Shown here piece after piece: positions 29,398 to 36,487 of a DNA stretch of 64,000 nt (within the stretch, counting starts at the first letter, position 1; every line of letters starts with the position of its first letter). Under the pieces are notes generated by a model. It searched no databases. It was not told where the DNA came from and saw only the letters and a program-made list of their open reading frames with translations. Source of the stretch: an uncultured virus (IMG/VR IMGVR_UViG_3300031851_000008) (Duplodnaviria > Heunggongvirae > Uroviricota > Caudoviricetes); IMG/VR virus record IMGVR_UViG_3300031851_000008, one strand, 5' to 3'. The position numbers and the translations under genes are program-made.

Positions 29398-29630
29398 CAG
29401 CAGTAATCTATTCTAACGGTAGTCAAGAGTGTGAGCGTATTGCTGCACTACTTAAGTCGATGGGTGGGGAATTCTTGGAGTATAAACTTAACGAACATTT
29501 TACTCAAAGAGCATTTGAAGCAGAGTTTGGAGAAGAAGCTACATATCCGCAAGTTTCTATTGGTGCTAAACACCTTGGTAACATGCATGATACATTGCAC
29601 TATATGAGTGACAAGGGTATGTTTGTTTGA
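29394..29630 (+). CDS. Glutaredoxin-like protein, monothiol (SQEC)
   Basis: Thioredoxin fold: IYS..SQEC, FG..ATYPQV..G. Confidence 0.7.
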   Translation: MTAVIYSNGSQECERIAALLKSMGGEFLEYKLNEHFTQRAFEAEFGEEATYPQVSIGAKHLGNMHDTLHYMSDKGMFV

Positions 29631-29631
29631 A

Positions 29632-30483
29632 ATGAGAAGACTATATGAAACTGTACCTAAAAGGTTATTTACTTTTGGGTGCAGTTTTACTTCGCATGAT
29701 TGGGCAACTTGGGCAAACATACTGGGATATGAATTGCAATTGCTACATGGATGTGAGTTCTATAATTTTGGTAGATCTGGAGCTGGTAATGCTTACATTG
29801 CAAATGTAATATCCCAGGTAGATCAGGTCTATAAATTTAATAGTAATGATCTAGTCATAGTTTGTTGGACTAGCATTAGTAGGGAAGATAGATGGAAAGG
29901 TGATGGGTGGTTTACGGGTGGAAATATATACAACAACTCTTACTACAGTAAAAAACTTGTCAATGAAATTGCAGATCGAACACACTTTTTAATGAGAGAT
30001 CTGTCTTATATAAAATTAATTGATAGTTTGTTGTCTAGTAAAACACAATATCATTTTTTATCTATGAGTAAAATTTGTCATGAAGAATTTAATGACAATA
30101 AATTAAGTCTCATGTATGAGGATGTAGTTAATAAAATATCGATTGACTTTTATAATCTTATATGGAATGATGATATGAGTAATAAGTATGATCGAGACTG
30201 TAAAGAACTCCACAAGTACTATAATGAAGGGCATCCAACTGTGGAGGAACATTATGAGTATGTTAATAAATTATTTGATTATAAATTTTGTAATGATACA
30301 ACGCTTGCAGTTCGGAATACCCATCATCAATTTAAAAAATTAATCTTAGAATTTTATAGTGATATAAAAAGACGGACTCATCCATATGACTTTCCTACTA
30401 AAAAAAGAAAAGAATTCTATCGTGAGTGTAAAAAATTGATGATGTGTGATCCCATTGTACCATCATCACAGTTACTTCTGTAA
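29632..30483 (+). CDS. SGNH/GDSL hydrolase-like protein
   Basis: FGCSFT, NFG.SGAGN, VIVCWT, HPT blocks. Confidence 0.6.
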   Translation: MRRLYETVPKRLFTFGCSFTSHDWATWANILGYELQLLHGCEFYNFGRSGAGNAYIANVISQVDQVYKFNSNDLVIVCWTSISREDRWKGDGWFTGGNIYNNSYYSKKLVNEIADRTHFLMRDLSYIKLIDSLLSSKTQYHFLSMSKICHEEFNDNKLSLMYEDVVNKISIDFYNLIWNDDMSNKYDRDCKELHKYYNEGHPTVEEHYEYVNKLFDYKFCNDTTLAVRNTHHQFKKLILEFYSDIKRRTHPYDFPTKKRKEFYRECKKLMMCDPIVPSSQLLL

Positions 30484-30509
30484 AACTGTGTCACGGTATA
30501 CTAACTTAC

Positions 30510-30538
30510 TTGACTAAATAGTGTATGAGGTCTATAAT
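30510..30538 (+). promoter_or_regulatory. sigma70 promoter with nested late-promoter motif
   Basis: TTGACT-17 bp-TATAAT; CTAAATA at 30514-30520. Confidence 0.75.
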
Positions 30539-30545
30539 AAGACCT

Positions 30546-30776
30546 GTCGTTCATCCCACTCTGTGGGACGCAAGTAAGTCGCGGAACGGAGCCGTTCATC
30601 CCATGTTAGAATTATTATTCTATTCATCACTCACCTGCCAACAAGCCGATTCAATTATGATTCGGATGAGAGCAAATGAGAATATTCCTCCTGAATACAA
30701 GGTGGAATTGATTGAGGTCATGAAGGAATCAACACCTGAATGCTACCCATGGGACGCACACGACTGAAGGAACGGG
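30546..30776 (+). ncRNA. Duplicated glutamine riboswitch-like element (glnA / Downstream-peptide class)
   Basis: Two CGTTCATCCC...GGGACGCA...GGAACG units, AAGTA E-loop-like strand, AGTCG/CGACT complementarity, terminal GAAGGAACG; lies upstream of a DUF4278-like gene. Confidence 0.75.
30603..30767 (+). CDS. 54-aa ORF nested within the riboswitch-like RNA
   Basis: MLELLFYSSLTCQQAD...ECYPWDAHD; GGAG 11 nt upstream of the ATG. Confidence 0.55.
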   Translation: MLELLFYSSLTCQQADSIMIRMRANENIPPEYKVELIEVMKESTPECYPWDAHD

Positions 30777-30808
30777 GATTAAAAACCCTAACTTCAGGAG
30801 ACTGACAA

Positions 30809-30976
30809 ATGAACACGTTAAACATGATTCGTAAGCAGATCAACAAAGCATCTGCACTACACGACGCACAGATTAGTCACACTACATATCGTGGTGTTGA
30901 GTATGATACACGTTGTGTGGACTCGAAGGAAACCCATGGCACATTCTGCTATCGTGGTAAAACCTATAGCAAGTGA
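30809..30976 (+). CDS. DUF4278-like small protein (not in ORF track)
   Basis: 55 aa with two YRG motifs (YRGVEY, YRGKTY); AGGAG SD at 30796-30800. Confidence 0.8.
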   Translation: MNTLNMIRKQINKASALHDAQISHTTYRGVEYDTRCVDSKETHGTFCYRGKTYSK

Positions 30977-30994
30977 TTAACTTACTTACTTATT

Positions 30995-31021
30995 GAGAGG
31001 GGTTGCGACCCCTCTTTTTTT
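30995..31021 (+). terminator. Intrinsic terminator
   Basis: AGAGGGGT-TGCG-ACCCCTCT stem followed by a T tract. Confidence 0.85.
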
Positions 31022-31031
31022 GTACTATAAT
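31003..31031 (+). promoter_or_regulatory. sigma70-type promoter overlapping the terminator
   Basis: TTGCGA-17 bp-TATAAT. Confidence 0.6.
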
Positions 31032-31053
31032 AGAAGCAGTACTATTAATCTGT

Positions 31054-31239
31054 ATGGATAGAGGTAAACTAAAGGAATTGGTTTGTAAACTAAGAGAATT
31101 AGTCGAAGAGATTGAGACCGAAGTTTACTCTGACATTAGTGCATATACAGATAAGCGGGAGAACTTTGATGATCCTGCATCATATCCTGCACTTATCTCA
31201 GACTACGACGAAATTTTTAACGATGATGATGGAGACTGA
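31054..31239 (+). CDS. Conserved cyanophage hypothetical protein
   Basis: MDRGKLK...EVYSD...DYDEIF.DDDG. Confidence 0.7.
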   Translation: MDRGKLKELVCKLRELVEEIETEVYSDISAYTDKRENFDDPASYPALISDYDEIFNDDDGD

Positions 31240-31798
31240 GACTAATTGTTACCATAGGTATTTAAATTTACCATTTACTATCGCCCCATTACCTATCTTT
31301 AAGGAGCAGGGTGATAAAGTTAAGCATTTTTATATCAATGACTATCCATTTTATCCAATGGAATATTTTATGGATGATCTGGGATTAATATTGATGTTAA
31401 AAGAAGTTTTTTACACACCACCATACTCAAAGATTCCAATTCATACTGATCATGGTATGTACACAAATCATGCCAAGATTAATATTACTTGGGGTCCAGA
31501 AGAAGGTATGATACAATGGTGGAAGTCTGATAAAGCTTACAGGAAAAAAATGGATGGGTATGGTGAACACACCACCGAACATCATGACAATCTTTGGGCA
31601 AAGGAAGAAGATTGTGAACTTCTGTACGAAGTAAATACAAATCGTCCCAGTTTAGTAAACGTTGGTGTTCTTCATGGAACAACTAATCCAACACCATTTG
31701 GAAGATGGACTCTCTGTTTTGTTCCAGTAAATCAGAGACAACAATTTATTGACTGGGATAGTGCATTGGAAATTTTTAAAAATTATTTGGAGGATTAA
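31229..31798 (+). CDS. Cupin / 2OG-Fe(II) oxygenase-like protein
   Basis: FYTPP...IHTD...KIN...SLVNVG..H...N...RW. Confidence 0.6.
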   Translation: METETNCYHRYLNLPFTIAPLPIFKEQGDKVKHFYINDYPFYPMEYFMDDLGLILMLKEVFYTPPYSKIPIHTDHGMYTNHAKINITWGPEEGMIQWWKSDKAYRKKMDGYGEHTTEHHDNLWAKEEDCELLYEVNTNRPSLVNVGVLHGTTNPTPFGRWTLCFVPVNQRQQFIDWDSALEIFKNYLED

Positions 31799-32434
31799 AT
31801 GAGCGCAAAACTTATCAGTGTTACTCCCGATGCGGAGAAGCAAATTGCATACTGTGCCCGTGTTTCAAACCCTAAGAACCAGGATAACGATAGTTTTGCT
31901 GGACTCCTAAAGTATTGTATTAAGCATCGTCATTGGAGTATTTTTGAGCATGCGTTCATGACAGTGGAACTAAATACATCACTGGCAGTGGCAACTCAAG
32001 TGCTGAGGCACCGTTCATTTACATATCAACAGTTTTCACAACGCTATGCTGATAGTAAGGAACTTCAATTAGAAATTCCCATTCCAGATCTTCGTCGTCA
32101 GGATACAAAGAATCGTCAAAACTCTATTGATGATATTAATCCACGCGATAAAGCATACTTGGAAGCGATGATTGAGAATCACTTTCAACAGAGTCTTGAA
32201 GTCTATAATGCCCTGCTTGACAAGGGTGTGGCAAAGGAATGTGCTCGTTTTGTGCTCCCACAAAACACACAAACTAGACTCTACATGAGCGGAAATGTTC
32301 GGTCATGGGCACATTATTTGGATTTGCGTACCGCTAATGGTACACAAAAAGAACACATGGAACTTGCTGGAGACATTCGTGCCATCTTCATTGAGCAGTT
32401 CCCGATCATATCAGAAGCACTGGAGTGGAAGTAA
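31799..32434 (+). CDS. thyX: FAD-dependent thymidylate synthase
   Basis: RHRSFTYQQFSQRY signature; E.ARFVLP, TQKEH. Confidence 0.95.
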   Translation: MSAKLISVTPDAEKQIAYCARVSNPKNQDNDSFAGLLKYCIKHRHWSIFEHAFMTVELNTSLAVATQVLRHRSFTYQQFSQRYADSKELQLEIPIPDLRRQDTKNRQNSIDDINPRDKAYLEAMIENHFQQSLEVYNALLDKGVAKECARFVLPQNTQTRLYMSGNVRSWAHYLDLRTANGTQKEHMELAGDIRAIFIEQFPIISEALEWK

Positions 32435-32682
32435 TGGCAACGTACCCCATTAAGCATAAGGAGACTGGTGAGACCAAAGAAGTGAAGATGAGTGTTCATG
32501 AATGGGATCAGTGGAAGATTGACAATCCAGATTGGGAAAGGTTTTTTACACCTGATAATTCACCTGGTCTGGGAGTTGAAATTAGTGATTGGCAAACCAG
32601 ACTGATCAAGCAAAGACCCGAATGGAATGAGGTTCTTGCTAAAGCACAAACAGCACCTGGATCCACAGTTAAAAAACTTTGA
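32434..32682 (+). CDS. Conserved T4-like small protein (FmdB-like position, no Zn cysteines)
   Basis: MATYP....ETGE; lies between thyX and phoH. Confidence 0.65.
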   Translation: MATYPIKHKETGETKEVKMSVHEWDQWKIDNPDWERFFTPDNSPGLGVEISDWQTRLIKQRPEWNEVLAKAQTAPGSTVKKL

Positions 32683-32736
32683 CATCGATCATAAATATTA
32701 TCCCCACCACTCTCACTCATCTTAAAGTTAAATTTT

Positions 32737-33492
32737 ATGGCAAGAAAGAGAAAGACTGAACTGCAACAAATTGGTGTTGGCATGACTGCTAAGCAGATGA
32801 AAAGGAAGAAACCAATTAACACGGACTTTTTACTTGACATCGAACCACTTACAGATAATCAAGCAATACTGTATGAATCATATAGTAATGATAAAAATCT
32901 TGTAGCATACGGTTGTGCTGGAACTGGTAAGACGTTTATTACTTTTTACAACGCCTTGCGAGATGTTCTTGATGAGAATACACCTTACGAGAAGATTTAT
33001 ATCGTTCGTTCTTTAGTTGCTACTAGAGAAATTGGATTCCTTCCTGGAACTCATGAAGATAAGGCAGACATCTATCAAATTCCATACAAGAACATGGTCA
33101 AATACATGTTCCAGATGGCATCTGATGCTGAATTTGAGATGCTGTATGGTAACTTAAAAACTCAGGGCAGCGTAAGTTTTTGGTCTACTTCTTTTCTTAG
33201 GGGAACAACCCTTGATAAAGCTATTATTATTGTTGATGAATTTCAAAACTTGAATTTTCATGAACTTGATAGTATAATTACAAGGGCAGGTGAGCACACA
33301 AAAATTTGTTTCTGTGGTGATGCAACTCAATCTGATTTGCAGAAGACCAATGAAAGAAATGGAATTGTAGACTTTATGAAGATCCTTAGGGTCATGCCTT
33401 CGTTTGATATTATTGAGTTTGGTCTTGATGATATTGTTCGCTCTGGTCTTTGTAAAGAATACCTCATTGCAAAACACGAATTAGGTCTTTGA
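32737..33492 (+). CDS. phoH: PhoH-family ATPase
   Basis: GCAGTGKT, IGFLPG, FLRGTT, DEFQN, GD..QSDL, DIVRSG. Confidence 0.95.
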   Translation: MARKRKTELQQIGVGMTAKQMKRKKPINTDFLLDIEPLTDNQAILYESYSNDKNLVAYGCAGTGKTFITFYNALRDVLDENTPYEKIYIVRSLVATREIGFLPGTHEDKADIYQIPYKNMVKYMFQMASDAEFEMLYGNLKTQGSVSFWSTSFLRGTTLDKAIIIVDEFQNLNFHELDSIITRAGEHTKICFCGDATQSDLQKTNERNGIVDFMKILRVMPSFDIIEFGLDDIVRSGLCKEYLIAKHELGL

Positions 33493-34169
33493 TGTTTAAT
33501 CATGTTGAATTGAACCTCCCATCTCTCCAACGAGAGACACTTGATGGAGTTCGATATTATTCTGTTCCTGATGATGGAGATCTCATTAAGTTGGTCTCCA
33601 TCACTTCTGTTACTAGTCATAAAAATCGTGAGATTTTTATTAACTGGAGAAAAAAAGTTGGAAATGCAAAGGCGGATAAGATCACCAAGCAGTCCACGAG
33701 TCGTGGTACTGACATGCATACTTTGACTGAGCATTATTTAAAGAATGAAGATCTGCCAAAGGTCCAACCGTTGTCAGATTATCTTTTTAAGATCGCCAAA
33801 CCAGATCTTAATAAGATAACTAATATACATGCTCTAGAAAGTTCTCTATATAGTAAGGTGCTAGGAATCGCGGGCACGGTTGATTGTATTGCTGAATTCA
33901 ATGGTGAATTAGCAATCATTGATTTTAAGACATCAAAAAAACCTAAACCAGTGGAGTGGATTGAACATTACTTTGTTCAGTGCATGGCTTATGGGTGTAT
34001 GCTTTACGAACTCACTGGTATCAGTGTAAAAAAACTTGTCATTATTATGGCATGTGAAAATGGAGACTGCGTTGTTTATGAAGAGTATGACAAAACCAAA
34101 TACATTAACCTTTTACAGGAATACATTAGAGAATTTCTTAACTACAAACTGGAAACATATGCCCAGTAA
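33492..34169 (+). CDS. PD-(D/E)XK exonuclease
   Basis: SITSV, RGT.MH, AGTVDC, IDFKTS, YFVQ..AY. Confidence 0.85.
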   Translation: MFNHVELNLPSLQRETLDGVRYYSVPDDGDLIKLVSITSVTSHKNREIFINWRKKVGNAKADKITKQSTSRGTDMHTLTEHYLKNEDLPKVQPLSDYLFKIAKPDLNKITNIHALESSLYSKVLGIAGTVDCIAEFNGELAIIDFKTSKKPKPVEWIEHYFVQCMAYGCMLYELTGISVKKLVIIMACENGDCVVYEEYDKTKYINLLQEYIREFLNYKLETYAQ

Positions 34170-34428
34170 AATCGAAGATGAGTTTGAAAAGGCACTAGAA
34201 AAAAAGTTCTTCTGTCCTACTAAATTTGCACAAGAAATTGAAGTACTTGTGCGAGACAATAGGGAGATGAACTATATTGAAGCTATCATTCACTTTTGTG
34301 ATTGTAATAGTATTGATCTAGAGTCAGTTCCTAAACTAATCTCTAAACCACTTAAAGAAAAAATTAAATGTGATGCAACGGAGTTAAACTTTCTTAAGAG
34401 AACCTCCAGGGCAAAATTGATCTTTTAA
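34159..34428 (+). CDS. g33: Late transcription coactivator gp33
   Basis: F..EIE..V....NYIEAI...C....ID.ES..KLI..PLKEK...A..LN.L. Confidence 0.88.
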   Translation: MPSKIEDEFEKALEKKFFCPTKFAQEIEVLVRDNREMNYIEAIIHFCDCNSIDLESVPKLISKPLKEKIKCDATELNFLKRTSRAKLIF

Positions 34429-34488
34429 TTCAGAAAAAGTCGGAAAATTTATCTCTGGGAAAATTTCGTGAAAACCCTTTTTGTTAAA

Positions 34489-35073
34489 ATGACTCCCTTT
34501 GACGTATATAAAACTTATCTGGGATTGAAGAATCACTTCACAAAAGATAAATACGACTACCACAAATATTGTGGTAAAACTCGTGCTTCCCTACAATCCT
34601 TCTATAAACGAAAAGATAGGTATTGGTTTGAGAAGATGAGTAGGCAAAAAAATGATCGAGAAGTCGTTGACTTCTTTGTATCAAATTTTGTCGCGTCTGG
34701 TGACAGCACCTGGATTGGGGAAATGATCCGAGAGGGTGAATCTGCATACATTAGTTGGCAGAAGAGAATTCAAAGTCTCAGCTATCTTTTTAGAGAAGAG
34801 GTTGAGAATATGATCGTAAATACCGATTTAGATTCTCTATTTTCCGTAAAAAATGGTCAACATCCAAAAGTGCTTAAATTGCACCTTCAGGGACACATAT
34901 CAATAGAGACGTTGATTATTTTAAACCGAATTTTGGGGTTTATGCAAGATTTTGATAAAAAATTGGAAGATCCCGTCTGGGAGACGGTTTCCAAGACAAT
35001 GAAGAAGTATGATTCTTTCCTAAATATCGATATATTCAGATTTCGTAAGATTTTAAAGGACTGCGTTTTATGA
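34489..35073 (+). CDS. g59: Helicase loader gp59
   Basis: YL.LKNHF....YDY.KY, F..RKDRY.F, ISIETL. Confidence 0.88.
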   Translation: MTPFDVYKTYLGLKNHFTKDKYDYHKYCGKTRASLQSFYKRKDRYWFEKMSRQKNDREVVDFFVSNFVASGDSTWIGEMIREGESAYISWQKRIQSLSYLFREEVENMIVNTDLDSLFSVKNGQHPKVLKLHLQGHISIETLIILNRILGFMQDFDKKLEDPVWETVSKTMKKYDSFLNIDIFRFRKILKDCVL

Positions 35074-35402
35074 CGTTTTTTGATTCAGATCTTGTAAGGG
35101 CAGAAATTGTTCACATCAATGAGTTACAAGAAAAACTGTATAATAAGATGTTTAGTTTTTACACGATGAACAGGCAGGATAAGCTTGATCATGTAGAATT
35201 ACTGAAGACCCTTATTGACAAGCAAAAAGTTCTTTATGCTAGATTATCTCTATCAGATGATCCTGAGGCAAAAAAGATGAAGGAACATATCGCTAAGTCT
35301 GCTGTCATGCTTGGTATGCCATCTGATATGGACATGAACCTTATTTTTAGTAATATGGAGAAGTTAGTTGAACATATGAAAGATCAGGTTGAGAAGACTT
35401 GA
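35070..35402 (+). CDS. DUF1825-like protein
   Basis: FFDSDLVR...L..KQ...Y.RLSLSDDPEA. Confidence 0.7.
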   Translation: MTFFDSDLVRAEIVHINELQEKLYNKMFSFYTMNRQDKLDHVELLKTLIDKQKVLYARLSLSDDPEAKKMKEHIAKSAVMLGMPSDMDMNLIFSNMEKLVEHMKDQVEKT

Positions 35403-35410
35403 AATCTTGA

Positions 35411-35439
35411 TTGACAACCATGGGCACTTGCACTAATAT
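35411..35439 (+). promoter_or_regulatory. sigma70-type promoter of g32
   Basis: TTGACA-17 bp-TAATAT. Confidence 0.7.
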
Positions 35440-35509
35440 AGGTCCGTACTCGCCGCAAGTGCCCTGAGGGTACACACAAGCCGAATACAACAAATACGAG
35501 GTAATCCGA

Positions 35510-36481
35510 ATGTCTTTTGCAAATCTCAAAAAACAATCCTCTCTTGGATCTTTGACATCTAAACTGGTCAAAGAAGTTGAGAAGATGAACAGTAATTCTA
35601 GTGGCGGTGATGATCGTCTCTGGAAACCAGAAATGGACAAAACGGGTAATGGTTATGCCGTTATTCGATTCCTTCCTGCCCCTGACGGTGAAGATCTTCC
35701 TTGGGTAAAGATGTACTCCCATGGATTCCAAGGACCTGGTGGTTGGTACATTGAAAACTCTTTGACTACTCTTGGTCAAAAGGACCCTGTGTCTGAGCAT
35801 AATCGTACTCTTTGGAACAGTGGCAACGATGGAGATAAAGAGATTGTACGCAAACAAAAACGCAAACTGTCCTATTACAGCAATATCTATGTTGTAAAGG
35901 ATCCCACTAATCCCCATAACGAAGGGCAGGTCTTCCTGTTTAAGTTTGGTAAGAAGATCTTTGATAAGATCATGGCAGCCATGCAACCTGAGTTTGAGGA
36001 TGAGAGTCCTATCAATCCCTTTGATTTTTGGCAAGGTGCGAACTTCAAACTGAAGATTCGTAAAGTTGATGGGTATTGGAATTATGATAAGTCTGAATTT
36101 GATAGTCTTGCTACCCTGCTAGACGATGATGATGCTCTTGAAGCACTTTGGAAGAAGGAGTATTCTCTTTCGGCAATGACTGCTGAAGATCAGTTTAAGA
36201 CATACGAACAACTTCAGACTCGTCTGGATTATGTTCTTGGTCGTAAGGGCAAGGCTCGTCCTCAGGATGAAGAGGTTGAGAACGAGGATAATATGCGTGG
36301 TAATTTTACTCCTAGTTTTGGCAATCGCCAACAGGAGTCTGAACTGCCTTCTGAAATGAAGCAGCAACTCAGTGATCTTCCCCCATCTGGTGGATTTAAT
36401 GATCCTGATATTATGGCGAAATCTTCATCTAGTGATGATGAAGATCCTATGAGTTACTTTCAGAAACTTGCTGAAAGTTGA
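35510..36481 (+). CDS. g32: Single-stranded DNA-binding protein gp32
   Basis: DDRLWKP..DK.GNGYAVIRFLP, WYIENSLTT, FGKKIFDKI, acidic tail ending YFQKLAE. Confidence 0.96.
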   Translation: MSFANLKKQSSLGSLTSKLVKEVEKMNSNSSGGDDRLWKPEMDKTGNGYAVIRFLPAPDGEDLPWVKMYSHGFQGPGGWYIENSLTTLGQKDPVSEHNRTLWNSGNDGDKEIVRKQKRKLSYYSNIYVVKDPTNPHNEGQVFLFKFGKKIFDKIMAAMQPEFEDESPINPFDFWQGANFKLKIRKVDGYWNYDKSEFDSLATLLDDDDALEALWKKEYSLSAMTAEDQFKTYEQLQTRLDYVLGRKGKARPQDEEVENEDNMRGNFTPSFGNRQQESELPSEMKQQLSDLPPSGGFNDPDIMAKSSSSDDEDPMSYFQKLAES

Positions 36482-36487
36482 TGTGAA

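Noticed and set aside
30525..30602. 80-aa version of the ORF starting at 30525
   Set aside because: That ATG lies inside the promoter spacer and the extension is structured RNA; 30603 is the more plausible start.
33492..34169. Cas4-like nuclease suggesting CRISPR
   Set aside because: Standard exonuclease position after phoH; no repeat-spacer array or other cas genes seen.
34441..34468. GGAAAATTT direct/imperfect inverted repeat before g59
   Set aside because: Short and AT-rich; cannot be distinguished from chance.
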